41,293 bases of DNA from Holophagales bacterium (GCA_009837085.1 VXUF01000077.1:16186-57478); one strand, 5' to 3'; shown: positions 23,736 to 32,003, counted from the first letter of the stretch. Made by a program: numbers and translations. Notes: generated from the letters alone by a model not told the origin.

Positions 23736-23780
23736 GCGTAGCGGCGAGCCCGAGTTGCCGCGTCTGAGAGCATAGGAACC

Positions 23781-24203
23781 ATGGCCACGATCGACATCGG
23801 CGGCCTCACAATCCCCGAACGGGCGCTGACGTTCAAGTTCGTCCGCGCCTCGGGCCCGGGCGGCCAGAACGTGAACAAGGTGGCGACGGCCGCCCAGTGC
23901 CGTCTGGACCTCGACGCGGCCGGCATCGAAGGCGACCTGCGGCGTCGCCTGGAGGCGTTGGCCGGGAAGCGGCTTACCGTTGGCGGCGAGATCGTGGTAA
24001 CCGCCGATACTCACCGCACCCAGGCGCGCAATCGGGCCGAGGCCCTCTCACGGGTCGGGGCGATGATCGAAGCGGCCCGCGCCGAGCCGCGGCCGCGCCG
24101 CCCGACGCGGCCCTCAGCCGGCGCCAGGGAGAAGAGGCTCGCGGACAAGCGGCGTCGCGGCGAAACCAAGAAGCGACGAGGCCGGATCGGCGCCGACGAG
24201 TAG
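23781..24203 (+). CDS. arfB: Alternative ribosome-rescue peptidyl-tRNA hydrolase ArfB (YaeJ)
   Basis: FVRASGPGGQNVNKVATA (GGQ motif), RTQARNR and the basic tail RRPTRPS...KRL..KRRRGETK. Confidence 0.95.
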   Translation: MATIDIGGLTIPERALTFKFVRASGPGGQNVNKVATAAQCRLDLDAAGIEGDLRRRLEALAGKRLTVGGEIVVTADTHRTQARNRAEALSRVGAMIEAARAEPRPRRPTRPSAGAREKRLADKRRRGETKKRRGRIGADE

Positions 24204-24206
24204 GCC

Positions 24207-24602
24207 TTACCTCAGCCCGCCCCGGCACGACACCGTCGTGAACCGGCCCCGGTCCGCCGTCTCCAGGTCGATCTCGATGTCCTGGCCGCGTGTCAGTTCC
24301 TCCCAGACCGGATGGTCGAGCGGCGGGCAGGCGATCTCCGCCGTCATGCGCTCTCTCTGACGCCCGGGCATGATCATCAGGTCACCGGCGAACTCCGGGA
24401 TCACGATGACGCGATGGATGAGCGTGTCCACGCGCTCTAGCTCCCTGCCGACCCAGACCCGGGTCCACCCCTGGCGCAGGCGCTGCGGCGACGGGAAGTC
24501 GAGGCTGTGCCGGTAGACGAGATCGGCGCTGACGTGGGGCGGAGAGCCGCATGAGACGGGCGCCAGTGCGGCGACGATCAGCGGTAGAAGCAGGCGGCGC
24601 AT
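24207..24602 (-). CDS. Putative lipoprotein of unknown function
   Basis: Lipoprotein-like signal MRRLLLPLIVAALAPVSC. Confidence 0.6.
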   Translation of the reverse strand: MRRLLLPLIVAALAPVSCGSPPHVSADLVYRHSLDFPSPQRLRQGWTRVWVGRELERVDTLIHRVIVIPEFAGDLMIMPGRQRERMTAEIACPPLDHPVWEELTRGQDIEIDLETADRGRFTTVSCRGGLR

Positions 24603-24663
24603 CGCGGCGGACAAACTACCGCACTCCGCGGGAACGCGACAGTGCGACGACATGGCGGTAGCT

Positions 24664-24708
24664 CACGGCGGCTCCACACCGGGTGCGCCGGCGTCCTCGC
24701 CGGCATCC
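24664..24708 (+). repeat. REP-like palindrome
   Basis: CACGGCGGCTCCACACCGGGTGCGCCGGCGTCCTCGCCGGCATCC, matching the copies at 23613, 26092 and 19945. Confidence 0.8.
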
Positions 24709-24757
24709 GGCGCGAAGCGCCGGCTTCCGGCCGCTCCCCAAGGCTATGCTTCGTTTC

Positions 24758-26086
24758 ATGAGAACGGCAGCGCTGATCGCTGCATCGGCGGTCGCCTTCG
24801 TGGCATATCCGGCCCACGCCGACGACTGGCCGCAGTGGCGGGGCGCCGAACGCCGCGGCGTCTGGCACGAGGCCGGCATCCTCGAGCGCTTTCCCGAAGA
24901 CGGCCTTCGGTTCGTCTGGCGGATGCCGATCGGCCCGGGCTACGGCGGCCCGGCAGTGGCCGCCAGCCGCGTGTTCGCGACCGACTTCGAACGCCTGCAG
25001 GGCAACCGGGGCCGGGAACGGTTGCTCGTGCTGGACGAGGCGACCGGCAAGCAGCTCTGGGAGCACGCCTGGGAGACCAACCTCGCCGGCCTCATGCCCG
25101 CCTACTCGAATGGCCCGCGGGCGACGCCGACCGTCGACGGTGACCGCGTCTACGTGCTCGGCTCGGCTGGCTACCTGGCGGCGCTGTCGGTCGACGACGG
25201 CCGCGTGCTCTGGCGGCACGACTTGGTGGCGGACTACGAAGCGCCGGTGCAGGCCTGGGGCTTCGTCGGCGCGCCGCTGGTGGATGGCCGGCAGATCATC
25301 ACGCTGGTCGGCGGCGAACCGGACGCCATGGTCGTGGCTTTCGACCGGGAAAGCGGCGACGAACTCTGGCGCTCGATGGAAGTAGGCAACGAGCCGGGCT
25401 ACAACCCGCCGGTCATCTACGAACTCGGCGGCCGGAGGCACCTCGTCGTCTGGCACCCGAAGGGCATCGCCGGGCTCGACCCGGACGGCGGCGAGGTCTT
25501 CTGGCAGTTTCCGTACGAGGTGGAGTACGGGCAGACGATCGCCACGCCGATCCAGGACGGAAACCAGCTCCTCGTGTCGTCCGCGTCGCACGGCTCGACG
25601 CTGATCGAGGTCGCCGGCTCGTCAGGCGGCAAGCCCGAGGCCAGGATCGTCTGGAAGGGCATGAGCAGCAGCAAGCAGGACCTCGACGGCCTGCACGCCT
25701 TCAACTCCACGCCCGCCTTCGACGGCGACATGATCTACGGCGTCGGCGGCCAGGGCGCGCTGCGAGCCATCGACCGCGCCACCGGCAGGGAGGTCTGGGC
25801 AACCTTCGAGCCCAGCGAGGACGCTCGTATCGCCACCGCGTTCCTGGTCCGGAACGGCGACCGCTACTTCATCAGCAACGACCGCGGCGAACTGATGATC
25901 GCCCGCCTGAGCCGCGACGGCTACCACGAGATCGACCGGACCCGTCTGCTCGAACCGACCACCCGCAGCGTCCGCATCCGCCGCGAGCTCGGCAAGCTCC
26001 TCTGGGTGCACCCCGCCTACGCGAACGGCCACATCGTGCACCGCAACGATCAGGAGATCGTCCGGGTCTCGTTGCTGGCCGAGTGA
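24758..26086 (+). CDS. Secreted PQQ-binding-like (BamB-type) beta-propeller protein
   Basis: Signal peptide, DWPQWRG, and repeated ATP..DG / LD..TG..LW propeller motifs. Confidence 0.88.
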   Translation: MRTAALIAASAVAFVAYPAHADDWPQWRGAERRGVWHEAGILERFPEDGLRFVWRMPIGPGYGGPAVAASRVFATDFERLQGNRGRERLLVLDEATGKQLWEHAWETNLAGLMPAYSNGPRATPTVDGDRVYVLGSAGYLAALSVDDGRVLWRHDLVADYEAPVQAWGFVGAPLVDGRQIITLVGGEPDAMVVAFDRESGDELWRSMEVGNEPGYNPPVIYELGGRRHLVVWHPKGIAGLDPDGGEVFWQFPYEVEYGQTIATPIQDGNQLLVSSASHGSTLIEVAGSSGGKPEARIVWKGMSSSKQDLDGLHAFNSTPAFDGDMIYGVGGQGALRAIDRATGREVWATFEPSEDARIATAFLVRNGDRYFISNDRGELMIARLSRDGYHEIDRTRLLEPTTRSVRIRRELGKLLWVHPAYANGHIVHRNDQEIVRVSLLAE

Positions 26087-26088
26087 GG

Positions 26089-26886
26089 TCACACACTGGG
26101 TGCGCCGGCGTCCCCGCCGGCATCCTCGGTGGTTGCGGTCACCGCTTCGGCGTTCACGACGACCGCCGCTTCCTTTCGCCTCTTCCGGCTCCGTGAGACC
26201 GCGGAACTCACCAGACCCGCTATCACGCCCACCACGGGGAAGAGAAGCCACACGATGGCCCAGGGCGAGCCCGGGTCCTCCTCGATCTTCTCCAGTCCGT
26301 CTCGGGCGACATGAAGCAAGGCGATCGAGCCAGCAGGCACACTGAACCAGGGATCACGAAGCGCGGCTCCGACGGCCGACTCTTCCTCGTCCGATTCGGC
26401 CGCTTCCGTCGCCGGGTTGGCCGGCTTGTCCTTCGGTCGCATCTTCGAGGCGGCGGGGCCGATCAGCCCTAAGGCAAACGCGAGCGTTGCGATGCCCAAA
26501 CCCGCCAGGAACCAGACCGCCTGGTCGGTCCTCGGCGGCTCGGTGACCAGGTTCAGGACGAACCTCGAGAACAGGATGAACACGCAGAAGATCGCGGGAA
26601 CCTGGTACCAGGGGTCGGTGAACAGCGTCGACTCGTGCCAGACCGGGCCGGTTCGCGGCGCTTCTGTTTCCAGTGAAGTGCCGTCCTGGGCACCGCGACG
26701 CAGGGCGACCAGCGTCGCGACCGCGGCCGTCGCCAGCGCGACCGCATAGACCATCGAGAGAGGCGAGGTGCGGAGCGCCTCGATGCTCAGGAGACCGGTG
26801 TCGCCGCCGGTGATGAGGAGCCCCATCAGCACGATGAGTCTGGGGCCCGGCTTGGACTCGTCGTACTTCTCCTTACTCTCAGTCAT
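26089..26886 (-). CDS. Multi-pass membrane protein, 'DPW' paralog 1
   Basis: About 6 TM helices with KYDESK, LFTDPWYQVPA and LRDPWFSVPA motifs shared with its neighbours. Confidence 0.8.
   Translation of the reverse strand: MTESKEKYDESKPGPRLIVLMGLLITGGDTGLLSIEALRTSPLSMVYAVALATAAVATLVALRRGAQDGTSLETEAPRTGPVWHESTLFTDPWYQVPAIFCVFILFSRFVLNLVTEPPRTDQAVWFLAGLGIATLAFALGLIGPAASKMRPKDKPANPATEAAESDEEESAVGAALRDPWFSVPAGSIALLHVARDGLEKIEEDPGSPWAIVWLLFPVVGVIAGLVSSAVSRSRKRRKEAAVVVNAEAVTATTEDAGGDAGAPSV
26092..26125 (+). repeat. REP-like palindrome overlapping the last codons of the convergent membrane-protein gene
   Basis: CACACTGGGTGCGCCGGCGTCCCCGCCGGCATCC. Confidence 0.8.
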
Positions 26887-26889
26887 TGG

Positions 26890-27810
26890 TCAGGAAGCCT
26901 CGGTGACGCACTGCTCCACGAACGGCATCATTGCCGCGACGCACTCCGCCGGCTGCTCAAGCTGGAGGAGGTGCGTCGTGTCCGGCACGAAGTCGTAGTC
27001 GATGGCCAGGATCTCCCTGAGGTCCACCGTGGGGAGAAACGAGAAGGGAACCACGGGGTCGGAGCCGACGATCTTCACGGGGCACGAGACGCGGCTCAGA
27101 TCCGCTGCTTTGGCCCATCGGGGGCCCTCCAGCGAGACCCTCGCTTCGTACTCTCGCGGGCAGCGCAGTTCGTATCCGTCGCCGCTCGATGCTTGCCGAA
27201 GCGTGGCGCGTGCGATGAGTTCGGGCGCTCCGGGGCAGAGAAGCTGGAAGCCGGGGGCGCGAAGGACGCGATCCATGAACTCCTCGAGGCTCGCGAAGCG
27301 TTCGCGACGCTTCAGTGCGGCCTGACCCAGGTGGCCGAGCACTTTGTCCACCTTCTCGACATCCTCGGGCCGGCAGCCGGGCGGGCAGACGACCGGGTCG
27401 AACAGAACGAGGGCCGAGTAGGCCGGCTCGCGACTGGCATGAATGAGCGCCGACTGGGCCGAGACGGAGTGGAACACACCGATCTTCGGCTTGTCGCCTA
27501 AGTGGCGGTCGATCGCCTGCGCGATCGTCGCGTGGTCTTCGACGAACGTGCCGACGTGGTGATCTTCTCCGCGGCCGACCGGGTTCCAGCCGTGGTTGCG
27601 GAGGTCGAACAGGACGACGTCGAACCTGTCCGTGAGCAGCGACCAGAAGGGGTAGTAGGCGTCGGCGGCGAACCCGTTGCAGTGGCTGATGACGAGCCTC
27701 GGACCACTGGAGTTGCCGTGCCGCCTGAGAACGATGCGGCTGCCATCGGCCATGCGGGCTTCGGCCGTCGCCAGGGGCTTCGGCACGTCCCAGCGTTCCG
27801 GTTGGCTCAT
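26890..27810 (-). CDS. Alpha/beta-fold hydrolase
   Basis: SHCNGF oxyanion-like motif, FDLRNHG, nucleophile FHSVSA, LVLFDP and C-terminal THLLQLEQP. Confidence 0.88.
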   Translation of the reverse strand: MSQPERWDVPKPLATAEARMADGSRIVLRRHGNSSGPRLVISHCNGFAADAYYPFWSLLTDRFDVVLFDLRNHGWNPVGRGEDHHVGTFVEDHATIAQAIDRHLGDKPKIGVFHSVSAQSALIHASREPAYSALVLFDPVVCPPGCRPEDVEKVDKVLGHLGQAALKRRERFASLEEFMDRVLRAPGFQLLCPGAPELIARATLRQASSGDGYELRCPREYEARVSLEGPRWAKAADLSRVSCPVKIVGSDPVVPFSFLPTVDLREILAIDYDFVPDTTHLLQLEQPAECVAAMMPFVEQCVTEAS

Positions 27811-28556
27811 TGGTCGGGCAGACCTGGCGGGAGTGCGTCGGTCTCCGCCGCTTCCTTTCGCCGCCGGCGATACTGATCCACCAGCGGCATGGCCGCGGCG
27901 AACGCCATGGTTAGGAGCGGCGCCAGGAGCCACCAGGTGGCTTCGCCTGAAGAGGGGTCTGCCTCGATCGACTCCAGTCCGAACCGGGCCATCTCGACGG
28001 CGCCGAGGACCGCGCCAGGAACCACGAACCACGGGTCGCGGAAGGCCGAAGCCGGTTTTGGCGCCGCGTCTCTCTCCTCCTCTGATGACGCCTGAAGGTG
28101 GGTCTTTTCGAGGCTCACACGCTTGCTGGCGCTTGCGGGGACGACCACGGACATTGCTGCTACGCAGACCAGGAACAACACCGCCTGAACGGATGCCGGG
28201 GGATTCCCTGCCAGGTCGATGACGAGCTGACAGAGAAGAACGAAGACGCAGTAGATCGCGGGGATCTGGTACCACGGGTCGGTGAAGAGCCTGGCCTCGT
28301 GCCACACCGGACCGGTCCGGGGCTCCGCTATCGGCGTCGGCTCGCTCAGATAGCTCCGCAGCTTCTGAAGCGCGAACACCAGCACTCCCAGCCCCATGAC
28401 GGCGAGGGCGGCGGCGTAGGACTGCGCCAGCGGCGACGTACGCAGGGCCTCCGGCGAGAGGAGGCCGTCGGCGAGCTGGAACGTGACCAGCCCCGTCAGG
28501 ATGGCCACTCGGGCCGAGAGCTTGGACTCGTCGTACTTCTTTGCGAGGGACCTCAT
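27807..28556 (-). CDS. Multi-pass membrane protein, 'DPW' paralog 2
   Basis: KYDESK, LFTDPWYQIPA and FRDPWFVVPG motifs. 4-bp overlaps on both sides. Confidence 0.8.
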   Translation of the reverse strand: MRSLAKKYDESKLSARVAILTGLVTFQLADGLLSPEALRTSPLAQSYAAALAVMGLGVLVFALQKLRSYLSEPTPIAEPRTGPVWHEARLFTDPWYQIPAIYCVFVLLCQLVIDLAGNPPASVQAVLFLVCVAAMSVVVPASASKRVSLEKTHLQASSEEERDAAPKPASAFRDPWFVVPGAVLGAVEMARFGLESIEADPSSGEATWWLLAPLLTMAFAAAMPLVDQYRRRRKEAAETDALPPGLPDQ

Positions 28557-29284
28557 CGGGTGGCTTCGGGTTTGCGCGTGAGACGTGAGATCAGGGCGAA
28601 GGCGACGAAGGCGGCGGCGCCAATGGCGGCAACCAGGCTGAACCAGGCAGCTACCGAGGACGGCTGGCTGTCGATGCGAGCGACTCCTTCGCTTGCAAGC
28701 ATGAGCACGCTGAAGGTGACGAGCGTTGCCAGAAAGACTGGGTCGGAAAGAGGGCCTGTTGGTGGCGGTTCGTCTCGGGGCTCTCTCCCGGTTCCTCGGC
28801 CACTCTGGTTTCGGCTGCTCCCGTTTCCGAACTGTCCGATGATTCCGACGAGGACGCTGAAGCCGAGGAGGGACACGAACCACCTCGACATGGTGGACTC
28901 GGGCGGCGCGGCGAGCAGACTGGAGGCGTAGTTGATACCGACGACGATCATGCAGAAGACTGCCGGGATCTCGTACCACGGTTCGCTGAACAGACCGTGG
29001 ACACGCCTTGGCGCCTCCGAAACTGGCGAGGGCTCTTCCGTGTCGGGTTCCTTCAGGGCCTTCCTCCAGAGGACGGCCACGAATCCGGCCATGCCCAGGA
29101 TGGCCCCGACGTATGCCACTGTGAGGAGCGTCGCCCCTAGGGTCCTGAAGGAGAGGAGATCGGCTTGCAGCGCCCGGCTGAAGAGGACCAGGATCAGCAG
29201 CAGCCGGACCATCGGGCCGAGGCTTCTAGACTCTGCTTTCTTCTCTTCGGTCACGGACGCCTGGTGCATGTGGTCCCGCGACAC
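28553..29284 (-). CDS. Multi-pass membrane protein, 'DPW' paralog 3 (start uncertain)
   Basis: LFSEPWYEIPA and LSDPVFLA motifs, with the same TM pattern as paralogs 1 and 2. Confidence 0.75.
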   Translation of the reverse strand: MSRDHMHQASVTEEKKAESRSLGPMVRLLLILVLFSRALQADLLSFRTLGATLLTVAYVGAILGMAGFVAVLWRKALKEPDTEEPSPVSEAPRRVHGLFSEPWYEIPAVFCMIVVGINYASSLLAAPPESTMSRWFVSLLGFSVLVGIIGQFGNGSSRNQSGRGTGREPRDEPPPTGPLSDPVFLATLVTFSVLMLASEGVARIDSQPSSVAAWFSLVAAIGAAAFVAFALISRLTRKPEATR

Positions 29285-29316
29285 TAGCTGAGAGCGGCTT
29301 TCGCCTGGCAGGAGTC

Positions 29317-29415
29317 TCAGAACCGGTACCGCAACCCAGCCGACACCCCCACATACCCGAGGCCGTCGAACCCCAGGTCGCTCGTGAACGGCGTCGTTCC
29401 GTCCGACTGAACGGG
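29317..29415 (-). pseudogene. Orphan 3' end (32 codons plus stop) of an outer-membrane beta-barrel gene
   Basis: 89 of 99 nt identical to 30095-30193. Encodes PVQSDGTTPFTSDLGFDGLGYVGVSAGLRYRF. Confidence 0.85.
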
Positions 29416-29424
29416 TGTTCTGTG

Positions 29425-29433
29425 TGCTAACTT
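29425..29433 (+). promoter_or_regulatory. Extended -10 (TGnTAACTT) 6 nt before the antitoxin ATG; probable leaderless promoter
   Basis: TGCTAACTT-CGGCCC-ATG, with no SD sequence. Confidence 0.55.
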
Positions 29434-29439
29434 CGGCCC

Positions 29440-29679
29440 ATGAGATTGCACATCGCGCTCGACGACGATCTCGTGGCCGAACTCGACCGGCGTGCCGGCC
29501 CGCGGCAGCGTAGCGCCTTCATCGCTGAACTGATCCAACGGGGACTCGACGACGAACGGCGCTGGGACGACATCGAAGCGGCGCTTGGCGGCATCCCCGA
29601 CACCGGCCACGACTGGGACGACGATCCGGCGGAGTGGGTGCGCCGCCAGCGGCGCGGCGACCGGCGGCGCTCAGGCTGA
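29440..29679 (+). CDS. vapB: Ribbon-helix-helix (CopG-like) antitoxin, VapB-type
   Basis: RHH pattern MRLHIALDDDLVAELDRRAGPRQRSAFIAELI and C-terminal AEWVRRQR. Lies directly upstream of a PIN toxin. Confidence 0.82.
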   Translation: MRLHIALDDDLVAELDRRAGPRQRSAFIAELIQRGLDDERRWDDIEAALGGIPDTGHDWDDDPAEWVRRQRRGDRRRSG

Positions 29680-29681
29680 TC

Positions 29682-30071
29682 TTGAGTCGCCTGCTGCTCG
29701 ACTCGACCGTACTCATTGACGCTCTCCGAGGCCGTCGGGCGGCCGCGCAGGTGGCGGCACTGCGACGCGAAGGCACCGAGCCGTGGGTGTGTGTTATCTC
29801 GGTGGACGAAGTGTGGCGAGGAATCCGACCCGGCGAAGAGCTGGCGGCGAGGCGGCTGTTCCGGGGCCTTCGTCTCGCTCCCCTGGGCAAGGCCCAAGGC
29901 ATGATGGCCGGCCGTTGGCGCCGGGAGTTCGCCGAGAGAGGCGTAACCCTGCACCAGGCGGACTGCCTGATCGCCGCGGCCGCCGTTGGGGTCGGAGCCG
30001 CGTTGGCCACGGCCAACGTGCGGGACTACCCGATGGCGGCGGTCGAGGTCAGGGAATGGCCGGCGGGCTAG
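29682..30071 (+). CDS. vapC: PIN-domain toxin, VapC-type
   Basis: LLDSTVLID, SVDEV, ADCLIAAAA and LATANVRDY acidic PIN motifs. TTG start. Confidence 0.88.
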   Translation: MSRLLLDSTVLIDALRGRRAAAQVAALRREGTEPWVCVISVDEVWRGIRPGEELAARRLFRGLRLAPLGKAQGMMAGRWRREFAERGVTLHQADCLIAAAAVGVGAALATANVRDYPMAAVEVREWPAG

Positions 30072-30094
30072 CTACGATCGATGTGTTCCTGGCC

Positions 30095-31039
30095 TCAGAA
30101 CCGGTACCGCAACCCCGCCGACACCCCCACGTACTCGATTCCATCGAACCCCAGGTCGCTCGTGAATGGCGTCGTGCCGTCCGCCTGGACGGGTTCGTGG
30201 CTCCGGACCACTTTCCACAGGTCGCTTCCGCTGAACTCGTGGAACGGGGCCCATCGCGCCTTGATCGTGAACGATGCGCTGTCGCCGAGGGCGTGCTCCA
30301 GACCGGCGAGGACCTGGTAGCCGGAAACGGTGTCGCTGAACTGGCTGTCGAACAGGCTGATCGTGCCGGCTGCCGCCGCTGGACGGTCGGCGAGGGTGAG
30401 CGGCGGATCGATGTCCTGGTAGCCCTGTGCGAGCGTCTTGCGCAGGAGGCGGGTGCTGTAGCGGAGGCTGACGCGGGCCTGGCCGAGCCCCAGGCCGACG
30501 AAGGGGGTCCAGGACGTGGAGTTTTCGAAGTCCCAGTAGGCGTTGACGAAGAGTTCGCGGGATTCGAAGTCCGAGACGGTCACGCTGGGAGGATCGGCGG
30601 GACTCCACTCGGACATCTTGTTGTCGAAGGTCGGGTCGCCGGTCGTCGACAGGAAGTGGATCGTGCTGCCGTCGTGCTGCCGGGCCGTGTACTCCAGCTC
30701 GATGCGCACCCGGCCCAGGTCGTAGCCGATGCCGAGGCTGCCGGTGAACCGGGAACCCAGGTCGAAGCGATTGGTGACGGTGGGCGACGAGCCCGGTCCG
30801 CCGCACGCGGGGTCGCCGGTCGGCGCCATGGCCGGATCGGGGTAGAGCAGGACGTCGCACCTCGTCGGATGGTCGGCGCCCGAGATGGCGGCTTCCAGGG
30901 TGGAGGCGTCCACCAGGCCGGCCTCGAAGGCGATGTAGAAGCCGCGGTCGTCGTCCCCGGCGTTGGCCGGTACGCCGCCGATGAGGAGTCCCAAGGCTAC
31001 GAGGAGAGATGCTGTTACAACGCCTGGGCGTTTGTTCAT
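30095..31039 (-). CDS. Outer-membrane beta-barrel protein (opacity/OmpW/Msp2-like)
   Basis: Signal peptide, GFYIAFEAG, IGYDLG.RIELEY, FVNAYWDF, PFVGLGLG, GYQVLAG and C-terminal GLRYRF beta-signal. Confidence 0.85.
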   Translation of the reverse strand: MNKRPGVVTASLLVALGLLIGGVPANAGDDDRGFYIAFEAGLVDASTLEAAISGADHPTRCDVLLYPDPAMAPTGDPACGGPGSSPTVTNRFDLGSRFTGSLGIGYDLGRVRIELEYTARQHDGSTIHFLSTTGDPTFDNKMSEWSPADPPSVTVSDFESRELFVNAYWDFENSTSWTPFVGLGLGQARVSLRYSTRLLRKTLAQGYQDIDPPLTLADRPAAAAGTISLFDSQFSDTVSGYQVLAGLEHALGDSASFTIKARWAPFHEFSGSDLWKVVRSHEPVQADGTTPFTSDLGFDGIEYVGVSAGLRYRF

Positions 31040-31055
31040 CTGCGTATCTTGACCC

Positions 31056-32003
31056 TCAGAAGTGGTAGCGAAGGCCAGCGGATACTCCCACATTCCCGAT
31101 CCCATCGAACTCCAGGTCGCTGCCGAACGGCGTCGTACCGTCCGCCTGGACTGGCGCGTGGCTGCGGATCACGGTCGCGATTCCCCTTCCGGTGAGTTCG
31201 GCGAACCGGGCCCACCGAACCTTGATCGTGAAGGAGGTCCGGTCTCCCAGGGCGTGGTCGAGGCCGGCGAGGATCTGGTAGCCGAAGACATCGCCGCGGA
31301 ACTCGTGGTCGAACAGGCTGAGACTGCCGGCCGCGGCGGCGGGGCGGTCCGCCAGGGTCAGCGGCGGCGCCACATCCTGGTAGCCCTGGGCGAGCGTCTT
31401 GCGGAGCAGGCGCACCTGGTAGCGGAGATTCGTGCGCGCCCAGCCGGCGCCGATGCCCAGGAACGGGGTCCACGACGAGTCGTTCTCGAAGTCCCAGTAC
31501 GCGTTGACGAGGAACTCCCGACTGCTGAAGTCGGAGACGCGTTCAGTGGGCGGATCGACGGGGCTCCACTCGTTGCCCTTTCCGGCTATGACCACGTTGC
31601 CGCTGGCGGTGCGAGCCGGCACGGTCTGTCCACCCTGGTGGCGGCTCAGATGCTCGAGTTCGAGACGAAGCTTGCCCAGGTCGTAGCCGATGCTGACGCC
31701 ACCCGCGAACCTCGACCCCAGATCGAAGCTGTTGTCGAAGACCGGCCTGCTCGTGTTGTCCCGGCAAGCGGCGTCGCTTGAGGGCGCCAGACCCGGATCG
31801 GGGTAGAGGAGCACGTCGCACCTCGTCGGGTGGTCGACGGCCGTCAGGAGGGACTCGAGCGTCCCGGCGTCTGCCAGCCCGGCTTCGAAGCGGACGTAGA
31901 AGCCGCGGTCATGGTCGTCGGCACCTGCCTGGGCCGAGGCGCCGAGGAGGCAGAGCTTGAGCGAAAGGACGACGAAGCGTGGTGCGGTTCGGGAACGGTG
32001 CAT
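31056..32003 (-). CDS. Outer-membrane beta-barrel protein, tandem paralog
   Basis: Same motifs as the 30095-31039 gene. Ends GLRYHF. Confidence 0.85.
   Translation of the reverse strand: MHRSRTAPRFVVLSLKLCLLGASAQAGADDHDRGFYVRFEAGLADAGTLESLLTAVDHPTRCDVLLYPDPGLAPSSDAACRDNTSRPVFDNSFDLGSRFAGGVSIGYDLGKLRLELEHLSRHQGGQTVPARTASGNVVIAGKGNEWSPVDPPTERVSDFSSREFLVNAYWDFENDSSWTPFLGIGAGWARTNLRYQVRLLRKTLAQGYQDVAPPLTLADRPAAAAGSLSLFDHEFRGDVFGYQILAGLDHALGDRTSFTIKVRWARFAELTGRGIATVIRSHAPVQADGTTPFGSDLEFDGIGNVGVSAGLRYHF

Noticed and set aside
19945-26125. REP-like copies as a CRISPR array or integron attC sites
   Set aside because: Irregular kilobase spacing, mixed orientation, no integrase and no attC-type GTTRRRY ends recognised.
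29317-29610. 97-aa minus-strand ORF ending in a beta-signal as a real gene
   Set aside because: Its 5' two-thirds is antisense to the antitoxin and has no signal peptide. Only the last 32 codons are barrel-derived.
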